Shown one piece after another: positions 48,507-61,975 of a DNA stretch of 64,000 bases. The stretch is from positions 186,001 through 250,000 of the forward strand of contig JBEUKZ010000093.1 of the NCBI GenBank assembly GCA_048128005.1, read 5' to 3'. A program made the translations under genes and the position numbers. The stretch comes from Veleropilina oligotropha. Taxonomy: Eukaryota. Within the stretch, counting starts at the first letter, position 1. Every line of letters begins with the position of its first letter. Under the pieces are notes generated by a model. That model was given only the letters and a program-made list of their open reading frames with translations. It was not told the DNA's origin and did not search any database.

Positions 48507-49903
48507 ATGAACTTAACGGTTGGAAATATACAGGACATTCAGCATCCTGTCCTCTCCTTTGAGGCTGATATTGTGTCGTATCAAAGAATAATTGTTTTAA
48601 AATTATATATAACTGGCAATACAAAATACTGCTTAGGTAAACAGGCCTGAAATGTACATGTAAAATGGGAACTATGAATCAATAAAATGCTTTAACATGA
48701 AGAGTAATTTTTATGTGTAGATACCGGTCATTTGCACGAGTGGCCGTACATGAACTCAAACAAGGTGAAACTGTTCCGGTAGCTAATAGGTGAGGCCGTT
48801 CCGGCAGCTAATAGGTGAGGCCGCTCCGGTAGCTAATAGGTGAGGCCGCTCCGGTAGCTAATAGGTGAGGCCGCTCCGGTAGCTAATAGGTGAGGCCGCT
48901 CCGGTAGCTAATAGGTGAGGCTGCTCCGGTAGCTAATAGGTGAGGCTGCTCCGGTAGCTAATTGGGTTCCAATTCAGACTCTACATTCACTTCATTGATT
49001 GCTCCATCTAATTAGTAACAGTGCGTTCTAATCTCTGTTGGTGCAATAGCATTCCCTTTACTCGTCGCAGATGTCCATAACGGACCAGGGTGAGTGGATT
49101 TTCCATGGACCGTGAGATCACGCGATAATATTGACATGTTTTGGTATGGACTTGATGGGTTGCGATAACAGGACGGTAATCCACCCAAACCAACCATGGT
49201 TATGATCCATTTTCTGGAGGCGTCGTGTGCGATGACGTCATAGCATTGGATCACCGAGATATGAACATATCTTACGCTCCTGATATGCCGATGACAATCA
49301 CTTTTGTTCTTATTTATCATTTGTATTGTATTAATCCTAAATGGTTCTCTATAGCATTCTTTTATGAACCTTTTCCTCCGCCTCTAACGGAAACGTTGGT
49401 AAATGTGGATCTGGGTTCGATCTCCTCAATTTCTTGATATTACGTCATTTGAACGACTTGAGACTGAAATTTTCATTTGGAAACTATTTGATATGGCAGG
49501 TAATAAATGAACGATTTGTCGCCATAGAACGTTGGCAGATGTGACCTGGGCTCGATCCCAGAGAGTGCCATGATAAAAGGTCGCCATTGGTCAAAATTGT
49601 TGGCGTTGTCATGACATTAACCCTCATTGCTTCATCGATCATATAATGAAGCTACATCCCCTTTTTGCCAATCCGGTGGCCGGAGCCACAACTGCGGTAT
49701 TTTTCACAAATGCAGAATAAAGTGTTATATATATATATGTTGTTTTTTTTTGTTTTTTGTTTTTTCTCACCGGGGAGCTAAGTCCCCGATGTCACATGTA
49801 TGTATGTATGTATGCATGTATGTATGTATGTGTGCGTGTGTGTGTGTGTGTGCGTGCGTGTGTGCATATTTATTTATTTATCACATGACAAACCTATTAT
49901 GGA

Positions 49904-50072
49904 CTTAAATAGACTTAAATAGAATTTGTTTGGGTTTAGAAAGTGCATTTCTGCAACTCATATAAAACCCCATTTTGGTAGCTCGGTCATCTATAGCCTT
50001 CCCTGTCTCTTAAAGTGCTCATCCAAACGATTTTTAAATTGATTTACTGATGTGGACTCCACCACAACCGTG
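49904..50072 (-). mobile_element. 5'-truncated CR1/L2-type LINE 3' end, unique to copy B
   Basis: Encodes VVVESTSVNQFKNRLDEHF* (typical CR1-group ORF2 C-terminus), short 3' UTR and (CTATTTAAGT)2 tail; absent from copy A. Confidence 0.8.
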
Positions 50073-50618
50073 GTGTCATAAGTATGCAAAGGAGGGCGAG
50101 CATGACGGCCGGTCGACGCATCTGGTGCCAAGTTGATTAGGCGGCGCATCACGCTCATTAACATATTGAATAATTCATACGCGTTGACTCGTCGATTACT
50201 GACATTGCAAAGACGAACTATTTTTTTATTGGCGTACTGGCATGGCGCGTGCTTTCGAGGCGTGATGCGTCTGAAGCATGGCAATTTATGGCTGAAAGTA
50301 CTGACAGTTTTAAAACGTAAAGAAATGAGTTTAAAAACGCAATAAAATAAGTTTAAAGGTAAATAAAGTCATGTGATAAAGAAGATATCAAACTTGTTTC
50401 CATTTCATATGAGAATTGTGAAACTCGTCAGCAAGTTTATGTACCTCGCCATGGCTCGGTACATAAATTGTGCCCGACTCGTTCCATAATTCTCATATGA
50501 AATGATGGACACTCGTTCGATATGCTATATATATGTATGTATATATGTATGTATGTATGCATGTACGTACGTACAAACGTACGTACGTATGTATGCATGT
50601 ATGTATGTATAATTATCA

Positions 50619-53361
50619 AACGCGCTGGCATAGATATTGAAACAGTTATATTTTAGCTTAATCTTATCATAGAGACTTGGCATTTTGTTTAAAAGTTACT
50701 GGATTGTTTATTCTGGTTGAATCAATATTTATTGAAATACATTTCTGAATTATTTCCTTAATTAAGCTTGAGTTAGTGAGACTAACCGTTCTCACTCGTG
50801 GTCTTCGGCTTAGAATGAACACGCATATCACGTGAACTCTTATTTTTGCGATACGCTCTGACTGTTTTGGCATCGAAAGGTACGCTAAATTTGGTTTGCA
50901 GTTCTGCGTATTTGCTTTTGATAATTTTAGCAACGTCAACATTTTTTCTGTTGTATTGGATTCGAATAGGTATAATGTATCTCGGACCGCGCAGTCCGGA
51001 AAGCACATTCATCTCACAAGGATGTTTTGTCATGAGCGTTCTAATCCAATAACTTTCTCTCTCTCTACGTAGTCGGTCAGTTTCATCTTTTGTCGCTAAA
51101 GTTGGTGGTTTTTCAATTGGCATGATTTGGAAATGTTGTGCTACGCAATGACCAGGTAGGTAAATGGAAATGTTCTGAAACAGGTCCTTCGTTATCTAAC
51201 CAAATGTCGGAAAGATGCCGGGTATAGCACGCACCCTTAGTGCATTTTTTGTTTCGTCTACATATTGCTTGAGACACAATTTACAGGAGATCATATATAT
51301 CACATAGAATCGAAATAAATATTAGATTTCATGTTGTAATTTGTTCTGGTTTGTTCACTTAGAAATGTTGGTCGATTGTTAATGAACTGGTCAAGTTTAC
51401 AACGAGATTTACCACATTTGTTAACGCTTCCATTACCAACAATCTCTTTATCATGTTCAATTTTAGCAGGTTGGTAATTCAAACTTTTTTCTTTATCCTT
51501 TGATCTGAGTTATCTCAAAGTTATAGATTTGATTTCACGTAGTTTGCGGGCGGAATAGCCTCGCGGTTTTAGTGCATCAAATAATGTACGACAGGCGTCG
51601 TTGAAGTTACTCATGTCACTGGAGTTACGATGGAAACGAATAATTTGAGATTTAAGCACACCGTCAAAAGTGTGAGGCTGGTGAAACGACTTGGCATGTA
51701 ACAACTCATGGGTATCTGTTGGTTTAAAGTAAACTTTGTAGTCAAGAGAATTGGAGTCGGCAAATAGTTTCCCTTTATAAATGGTCACATCTAGAAAGTT
51801 AACTGATTCTTGACTAATTTCTGCTTTAAATTTAATGTTAGGGTCATGGTTGCTTAACACATCGAAAATCCTCCAAAAGTCATCTGCTGTGTGTTCCCAT
51901 ATTATGAATATGTCGTCAATACAACGTTTATAAAAGGAGGGTTGTTTCTCTGCATTGTCAAGGACTCCATGTTCCCATTCGGCCATGTAAATTGAAGCAA
52001 AGTTAGGGGAAAATTTCTTACCCATTGCACAGCCCATGATCTGTTGATAGAATTTACCATTAAACTCGAAATAATTGTTTTTCAAACTCAGTTCAACCAA
52101 TTTTAAGACCTCTTTGTCAGGCCTGTGTAGTCAGGGTACCTGTCAAATGCATTTTTAATGGCCTCTAAACCAGCGTCAATGTCAATGTTGGTATACATGG
52201 CATCTACGTCCAATGTCACAAGAAACACATCTTTGCTAACGGTCAATTCTGATAACTGAGCAAGGAAGTCTTGCGTGTTTTTAACATAGCTGTCGTGACG
52301 ATTCGCTATTGGTTTTAGGTAATGGTCAATGTATTCAGATATGTGATAAGACTCGGATCCACAGTCTGATACAATCGGTCTGCCGGGTGGCGTACATTCG
52401 TCGGTCCATTTGTCAACTGGTTTGTGAATTTTAGGAAGCAAGTAAACGTTCTGTTTTTAGCACCGTAAGATTTACCCTCGTCAGCTGCCTGTTGAGCATA
52501 TAGATACTGTATTCATATTGTTTTTTGGTAAGTGCAACTGTTTCTTTAAAGATCTTAAAACGCTATTGAAGTTATCACGATTGTTTGGTTAGATGGCTCG
52601 TCAATTTCTCGGTAGTGTTTTGGATTGTTTAACTGCCTTTCAGCTTCTCTGATGTAATTATCTCGTTTTAACAGAACTATTGCAGAACCTTTATCAGCTG
52701 GTTTGATTACAATATCCTCATCCTTTTTTAGGTTGATGAGGGATTTACGTTCTTGAAAAGTTAGATTTTGTTTATCATTGACTTTGTTCATATTGCGTAC
52801 ATCGACTCTATATACAATGTATATTGTTATGCACGTATTTGCCACAAACTTACTTTGTGTATTTTTCAATAATTTTGCCAATCCTGCTAAAATATCACAG
52901 TTATAACGGAAGGAATATACTTTATATTGAACATGAAGTTTTACACGTGATCTTCGGCAGAGCTGAAAACAATTATAGGAACGCGTTTTTTAGTAACAAC
53001 AATAGAATATATAAAATGGGTTCTTTCACGGAGTAACGAAGTTGGAAAATAAACTTGTTCAAAAGGCATTATTTTATTATATTGAAGTGAGATAAATTCG
53101 TTGTCGGCATGGCCGTCATGAAATATGGGTCTATGTTCCGTTTGTGAGAATTTATTAACGTCGACTTCGTCTCGGTTAATAAATTCTCACAAATAGGTAC
53201 ATAGACCCATATTCCCCTCGGGCAATGCCGACAACTTATAATGTATTTTGTGTTGTAAAACGCACTGGCACAGATATTGATCAGTTATATTTTAGTCTAA
53301 TCTTATCATAGAGACTTGCCGTTTTTGTTTAAGCTAAACTGGTTTGTTTATGCTGGTTGAA
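50619..53361 (-). mobile_element. Degraded Penelope-like retroelement (copy B)
   Basis: Near-identical to 30881-33621. Confidence 0.92.
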
Positions 53362-56300
53362 GTATAGTTCGTTTATACTTTAGTCAAGATCTATGTTGAA
53401 ATAGCTAACAAATGGAAATGTTAAACGGTTCAAACATAGATCTATCCCCTTCCCGTTTTGGTTAATATATCTGGGTATTTACATTTTATTTATCATTATA
53501 TTAAAGCAGAGCTATATATCGTGACGTACTGGTAGGTGAGTTGACACGATTGTGGGCTCTCAATTTATTGGCTTGACTGCTCTCTCTTACAATAGTGAAT
53601 TAGAGTTATCAGTTGTCCAAAACTGGTCTTGATGTGGGCTTTCCTCCAGTGATAATATGGACGTGACCTCGCATGAACCTGAAGATTGTTATAACGGAGC
53701 AAAAATCAAAGTTTTATCTGAAATAAAGTATCCTTTACAGTGCGGTTTTTGTTGACAAGTCAATATTACAGACAGCTAGGTTTCCAATTTAAAGCATTTG
53801 TGAAGATATAGGATCGGGATGATGATAATGCCATCATGTATTTATTATTTATGTTATTAGTAGTGGGGTCAAACGTCGGCAGAGGCAGCACACATTTGTT
53901 TAAGTTAAGAATTACAGTTGTCCGTAACTGGTCGGAGAGAGAGAGAAGCGACAGGGCTTTCCTCCGCGATAATATGGACATATACATATATAAGCATCGA
54001 TCCTTTCCTTTTCATTTTATTAGTTGCGCCATGATTTAGATTACTACTATTGCTGCCCTTAACCTGTGAAAATGTATTGTAATTAGTGATGACAGATGCG
54101 AGGTGGAGTCATTACTCCTGATGTGTGATCAATTATAGCAAAACGGGTTGATATTGTATAGACTCTCCCAAAATTATGCGCCCTCGATCTGTTATAAACT
54201 GGTCAATTTAAGTAAAAGTATTAATTTTTTTAAACTTTAAAGACAACTCTTTTCATATAAACTACTATTACTTTCTAAAAATATGCATACAATATAATAT
54301 TATATGTACATGTATATTGATAAATAAAGCCATTGACTCGATGTTGCGACAATAAATTTCAGATTATGTAACAATCATGCCTATACTGAACAGTGAAGTT
54401 TTTGATGAACAGTTATCACAATTCTTTCTGTATCAACCACTGTTTCAAAGAAAAGATTATTTGTTAGAGTGGTTATTTTCAATATATCACCATTCTCAAT
54501 GAGCCTTTTCTCTATGATATCTGCCTGCCCCGTAGTCGTGTGGTGTTGAGTGCCGAATCTGAAATCACTGGCTCGATTGCGCTAACTAAAAGAACTTTGT
54601 TTGAATGTCGGCTGGCACATTAACATTCCTTGTTCAGTTATCAATCACAGTTGTCTGTAGCTGGCCTTAGAGTGTGGGTTTCCTCGGGCTTTCCACCCAC
54701 GATAATATGGACATGTCCAACCATGAATCTGATAGTTGTAAATATACATAAACATTTGATCATGTACATAAACGAATTTCAATGTTAGGTATTATACACA
54801 TGATGTCACTTATACACATGATGGCTCATATTAATAATAAGGAGGAATACCACTGACGATATACCAGGGTGATTGTTACTGCGTTGAATACATAGAACCA
54901 TGTAAGACCAAGTAGTTCTAGTTGAAGAAAACAGTGTGAGCGCTTCCGGAGGACATCTCTCCTATTGGATGGTGGGGCTGCTCGATAACAAAGTTTTTAT
55001 TCGTAACTGGAACTGTTCTTGAATGCGAGTTGGCATGGATACACGCACGCACGCACGCACACACACACACATACACACACACACACACACACTCACTCAC
55101 TCGCACACACACACACTCACACACTAACACACTCGCACACAATGTTATGATCCACATTGGCGGCTGCATATTGGACAAACTCTGAAGTGAAGCTCGTTAT
55201 GTTGAGCACCTGCTGCATTTTGTTCGAAATGTTGCACCTCTTTATTAGTAGGATCGAGCAAATACCCTCGTGTAGGTGCAGGAGTCAATGAGAACGTCAA
55301 CGTTTAGTTTTTGGCTGGTGGGGGGGGGGGGGGGTATAACTCAGAACGAGTCACTGGTACAATAATAGCTTGTGCAAATGATGAAGATTTCATATGAGGA
55401 TCTCTTGTGCACGAAGCTTTAGGGATTCGGGAAAAGGTTCAGACATTCTTCTTCTTATGACATAGTTGATAAATATGTATGTCCATATGCTGAATGTTCA
55501 GGGCCTAGTAGAAATTAACCCATTTGATCAATGATGTCACTGATGGTAGTTTGCTCATCATAATGCATTATATTTAAGATATTGTAACTTTGAAAAATGC
55601 ATTTGTTTCTGTCTTCCTCATGTGGCTTTCAAATCTTTTGCTTATTGAAACTAGTCTGATCAATCGCATACATATTGGTATATGTTTTCTGGGATGGAAA
55701 TTTGCCTTTGGAATCCTATTAAAGTTGGAATTACAAGCAAGCTCAGGTACCAGTATTAAATAAAGTGATCGTTTAAATGCATCGTAAAGGCGATTATCTA
55801 CTTTAATAGCATGCACCAGTTCAATAACAATTCATGCAGTGATTTTAACATTTCAACTTGTCATTTTAAATTGCGATAATCTACTGAAAGGTACACAAAT
55901 ATATAATAGTGAAATCAGGGGAGATAACCATGTTTTATTATAAAATATATATATATAAAAAAATCTTGGGGAGCATGCCCCCAAACCCCCCTAGATATTC
56001 CCGGCTTACGGTCGCTCAATCGTCGCGGCCTTCGGCCGCTCACGTGGCTATCTCTTTCTCGCCATAAAAGGTTGGGATCGAAGTATGCAATATGAGGTGC
56101 CCTTGGTTATAATGATACCCCCCTTAACATCAAAATGGTTGCGACGCCCCTGAGACGACAACACTAGAGGAGATAAGGCATGGAATTAATATATATTTAA
56201 AGGCACCTCCGAATTTAAAAACATTCGACATAATAACAGATGCTGAATGTATTCCCAAAATACAAGTGTGTAAACAACGTGACGTCACATGTTTGCAATA

Positions 56301-56417
56301 TGTCTTGACGGAAAATAGAGACGGATTAGTTCATATTAAATACTGCCAATATTCAGACCATTTATTTCATTTGAAAGTAAGATAAAATCGTTGTCTTCCG
56401 ATCACTCGGGTGACATC

Positions 56418-59400
56418 CAGGCGCGGATCCAGGAATGTCGCTTAGGGGGGGGGCGCTGAATTTACTATCAACTGTTCGCGTGGGGGCGGGGCCCCACGCG
56501 AAAGAAAATTTTGCGAATCAACAGCCTGAAACCCCCTCTCCTGCACTCTGACAGGGCAAAAGCGATATTTCATTCTAACTTTTTATGAACCACCGTCACT
56601 CAAATAGCACGAGTCAAATTTTTATTTTATTTTGTCATAATCAAATTGTCCGCGTGGGGTCGGCGCCCCACGCGCAAGAAAATTTTGACAATTACCCAGT
56701 GGGCATAATTACGTCGATATAACGTTGAAACAACGTCAAGCTCGATGTTGTAAAAACGTCGAAAGATCTACGAATTTGAAAGTTTTGGAAACGTGATAAA
56801 TCAATGTCAGATTACAACGTTGTAAAAACGTAGTTATCGCATGCGATTTCAACATTGTGGCAACGTCTTCTCCCAACGGCCACTCGACGTCTGCGCCGAC
56901 ATTGAAACGACGTTGAAAATTGATTGAATTTGAAAGTTTTTAAAACGTCAGAAATCCACGTCGTGTCACTGTCACATTTTAACGTTGTAAAAACGTTGTT
57001 AAAGAATATTTATTCAACGTTGCGACAGCGTCTTCTCCCAACGCTTACGCAACGTCATGTTCCGACATATGAATGGGTTGGAAATTGATTGGATTTGAAA
57101 CTTTTGTAAAGGTAAAAATTCCATGTCGTTTCAATGCCATCGTTGAACGTAGGTTTTCGTTGATACCGGATGGACGTCGATATCTTGCCGGTGTCATTTT
57201 CTCGCTTTGAGACAAGAGGCAACATTATCTGCTACATAAACATTTATGGCATCAGGTTTCAGTATGTTTTCAAATAGATGTATATATAATATAATAAAAC
57301 ACTTATCTTTGCAATGACCATCTGATGATAGAGTGGACAGGAGTGCGACTCTTAATTCAATCGCATGACTGGCCTGCATGAATAGGTTAGAATCATTACT
57401 ATTGACAACATTATTCAGTTAGCAATCACAAATTTTCAGAACTAGTGGGTTTCCCATGTTACCGAACTTTCCTTAACAATGACAAAGAGTCGCTATTTAG
57501 TCTCAGATTTGGGTAACTTCCAGTGAAACTTACAGTACTTCTCGACATAAGTGCTTTCATATGAACACTAACCCCAGACAACATATACTTATATATACTT
57601 ATATTACGAGGAATATTTTAAGTCACTGCAACATTCCTTAGTTGCATATAAAACTAGTATGATGATTCCATTTGATACCAACTAATACTAGTTTAACAGC
57701 ATGTTACAGTATCCGGTTCATATATAGAGGATATCGAACGAGTGTCCATTTCATATGAGAATTATGAAACGTGTCGAGCACAATTTATGTACCGAGCCTT
57801 GGCGAGGTATATAAATTTGCTAACGAGTTTCATAATTCTCATATGAAATGGAAACAAGTTTGATATCTTCTTTATCACATGACTTTATTTACCTTTAAAC
57901 TTATTTTATTACGTTTTTAAACTCATTTCTTTATGTTTTTAAACTCATTTCTGTCATTAATTTCAGTCATTAAACGGCCTGCCTCAGGCGCATCACGTGC
58001 CACCTAATCAACTTGGCGCCAGATGCAACGACATGGCATCATGCTCGCCCTCATTTGCATACTTATGCCACGTGTCTTTTCGTATCGAATTTTATGGAAC
58101 GGCTTCTACCATTCCATAACAGCTTTGTCATGTGATAAACTAATATCGAATAGAAAATTCGTATTGAAAATTCCAGGCAATGTGGCCGCAATCACGATGA
58201 ACAGTAATGTTTTATTTTATCAATTAGTCAAGTTCTGGATTTACGATAAACACAATGTTTCGTAAAGATTAAAATTACAACGCGGTTATGTAAGGTAGGC
58301 ACAAATGTTACCTTTGATTTTAACCTAGAACGGATAGCATGGTGGTGACTCGGCGTCATTTATGAAGGTGGTGTTCACCTAAAAATCGCAACACGATTCT
58401 GTAAGGTAGACACAACACACCTTGATTTTGATATAGAACGGACAACCGGGCGGTCACAGTCACTTATGTAGGTAGTGACTACATAAAAATTCACATATAA
58501 CAACGTTCATTATGAAGTGCATGACTAAATGAAATGAACCATGCAATCATAAAATATATCATTTATTTATTGAACAAATATTTAAATAGTAACATAAACT
58601 ACAGAAATACGATATACCATTTCGAGTAGCTTGGTCCAATTCAATCCAGATCGAACGCGATCCTTTATGATTTCTGGTATCCCCGTTTGTTATTCTAAAA
58701 TAAAAATAAAATAAATGTGCATCAGAACTGGAAATGTACTTGCGCAAATCGACGCCTTAAGACAACAATCTTGTAACTGGGATATGAACGACTTATTATT
58801 ACAATTTTGTCAGTCTGATTATCATGTAGATTACATTTATAAAATTTGATAGAGGCACATTGATATAGATTAATATTGGGGATGGGGAGATCTAAAGCGC
58901 ATTTGTCTTTTATGTATTATTAATTCCGGACAAGATCGAGGCAGATTCATGATTTTTTTTTTGAATTGTGACGGTTCTGTAATCTGTGATTTAAAAACAT
59001 GATCACAGTAATGGAAAGTAGTGAGTTATAGCAAATGGCATTATGCATGTTTGCAGATATGCATAACTTATCTCGTCTAAGGCCCCATCTACATCAACAA
59101 TACCGGTACACGTTTTGTCTCAACATGACAATTCAAAATCAACATAACGTTATTCGCGACATTGTAGGATCTAAAAATTGTATACATGTATAACTTCGCG
59201 GCGTAAATTTTTCGAAGAGTCAACATGGCTTCAGCGTAATAATGTCGCATCGGTAGCCGAGTGGATTAGAGTGCGGTCTCAGAATTCACTTCCTTTACTG
59301 CTCTGACTATCAGGAGTGGGATCGAACATTGGCGGAAGTATTCTTGATCAGTCAATAGTCCCAGATACTGTCCTGTGAGGTTGGATTTTTCAGGGAGATA

Positions 59401-61341
59401 AAAAGGGCATGTTCAGGTTTGAACCTAAAGGTAACTGGTTGTTATTGTTCCGTGAACGTTGATACGGGGTTGTACCTTAGTATGATTTCATCGCGACGTA
59501 TGGGCCTAAATACGTTGAATAATCAACGTTGTTTCAGCGTGAAAATTCGACGTCGACCTAACGTTGATCTTTGGACGTCGCAGCAACGTTGTACAACGAC
59601 GCACACTTGCCTGATCACATGCGGGTGCATATACACAGACACTCGCGCACGATAGATGACGCGTGGACGTGTAGGAATGGCAGACTTTAGTAGTTGTTAA
59701 CTTTACTCACAGAAATAACCGATATCAAACAAAATTTCTGTCAAGGTTAACGCCAATCATAAAGAGATGTAAGTAAATATTGGTAAGTTTTAACAACAAT
59801 AAGTATAAAATATGCTAAAGCAAACCGCTTATAGTACATGTACATAGTTTGGCGGTCTCTATTATTTATGAAAGTTATCATTTAATTATTTCTAATTAAG
59901 TGTGCATGATAAATCATACTTAATCATTTGGGGTGTGCAATAAACAACTGAAAGGTCATGTGCCAATTTTTAAACAAATGCTTAAATAAACCATAGCAAT
60001 CGTAAATAATGATTACTATTTCTTTTATCCACAATAAACAAACAAACTACACACTTTCTAACGATGGATGGCTGTACTTACTCGCAAAAAATACTGGATG
60101 CAAATAATTCACACATCGACGGATACATCTTTTGGTTGCCATCTTGATATACATGACGTATCTCGCAAAGCGTGCCGGGATATTGGTTGTGGCGTCGACG
60201 TTATTTCAACGTCGTACTAACGTAATATTTTAGACGTCGGTATAATGTTGTTATACGGACGTCGGGGCATCGCAGCGAAATAGTCACATTGAACCTTTAA
60301 ATATATAATATATATTGTAACGACGTAAATCCATCCAAAAATCAACGCTGTTTCAACCACTTCGAAAAACAGCGCATCGGTGGATGTGTAGTTAGCGCGT
60401 CGATCATTCAACTGATAAGCTATTAAAATAAATGGATTCGATTTGGGACCTATAGCACGGCTCGTATTACCGAAATATTAAAGCGTATACGGTAGGCCTA
60501 TATATCGATTAGATCGGAGTGAGATCTTGAACGGTGTAGCGACACTGTAATTTTGTATAATGTCGTTACGAATCAAACGAATAATCAACGTTGTTTCAAC
60601 GATATATTTTACATCGTTATAACGTTGTTTCTTGGACGTTGTAGCGTCATTATACCATCGCGTACTTTCGTTGAAAAGTAAACATGTCGAATAATGTAAG
60701 ATGTTTTAAACGTGAGAATTCAACGTCGAAATAACGTTGTTCATCGGACGTTGTGGCGACATTGCACCTTTGTATATTATCGTCGCAACGTAAATACATC
60801 AACTAATTAACGTTGGAACCACGTTAGTATTCGACGTCGATATAACGCTATCCCTGATACGTTGTAGCGACATTGTGTCTTTGTATAATTTTGTCCCGAC
60901 TTAAATATATCGAATAATTAACGTTGGAACAACGTTATAATTCGACGTCAATATAATGTCGCTGATGGGACGTCCTATGGATATCGTATCTTTGTTTAAT
61001 TTCGTCGAAACGTAAATCCATCGAATAATCAACGTTGTTTCAACGTGATAATTCGACAGCGATATAACGTTGCTGAACTGACGTCGTAGTGACATTGAAT
61101 GTATGTTATACGACGTCGCGACGCATATTCGACTAGTAATCAGCGTTGTACCGACGTCCTGTGCCGGCTGGGTAACGATGTAAAATCCCCCCTCCTGCAT
61201 TATTACATTGCAACAGCCTATTTATAATGTTCTGAAGTCATTTGTATCAGATTATACATATTATTTTAGTATGCTTGGCCAACTTTAGGGGGGGGGGCGC
61301 GCGCCGGGTGCGCCCCCCCCCCCCCCCTGGATCCGCGCCTG
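56418..61341. mobile_element. Non-autonomous TIR DNA transposon with 5-bp TSD (hAT-like), unique to copy B, carrying nested elements
   Basis: Perfect 16-bp TIR CAGGCGCGGATCCAGG; ACATC duplicated (56413-56417, 61342-61346); empty site at ~36659. Confidence 0.9.
56695..61172. mobile_element. Nested non-autonomous EnSpm/CACTA-like element
   Basis: TA|CCCAGTGGGCA ... TGCCGGCTGGG|TA; dense AACGTT/GACGTC subterminal repeats at both ends; no transposase ORF. Confidence 0.75.
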
Positions 61342-61975
61342 ACATCGGTGATTGTATTCCTTCCTGAAGTTGTACCCCTCAGCGCTACGCGCTTCGGGGT
61401 ACAACGTCAGGCGGAATACAATCACCGATGCCCCCCTCGTGATCGGAAAACAACTTATAATGTCCATATGCTGAATGTTCAGGGCCTAGTAGAAATTAAC
61501 CCATTTGATCAATGATGTCACTGATGGTAGTTTGCTCACCATAATGCATTATATTTAAGATATTGTAAATTTGCAAAATGCACTTGTTCTGTCTTCCTCT
61601 TGTGGCTTTCAAATATTTTGCTTATTGAAACTAGTCTGATCAATCGCATACATATTGGTATATGTTTTCTGGGATGGAAATTTGCCTTTGGAATCCTATT
61701 AAATTAAAAGCAAGCTCAGGTACCAGTATTACATAATGTGAACGTATGAATGCATCATAAAGGCGATAATCTACTTTAATAGCATGCACCAGTTCAATAA
61801 CAATTCGTTCAGCGATTTGAACATTTCAACTTGTCATTTTAAATTGCGATAATCTACTGAAAGCTATACAAATATATAATAGTGAAATCAAGGGAGATAA
61901 CCATGTTTTATTATAAATATATATTATGTCATAATATTTACCTAGTATGAATTGTGTTGGTAAATTTACTCATTT

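Larger units (their letters stand above)
37293..61975 (+). repeat. Segmental tandem duplication, copy B (~24.7 kb)
   Basis: Collinear with copy A; has one extra 1.1-kb subunit and a 4.9-kb nested insertion; lacks the two insertions of A. Confidence 0.95.
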
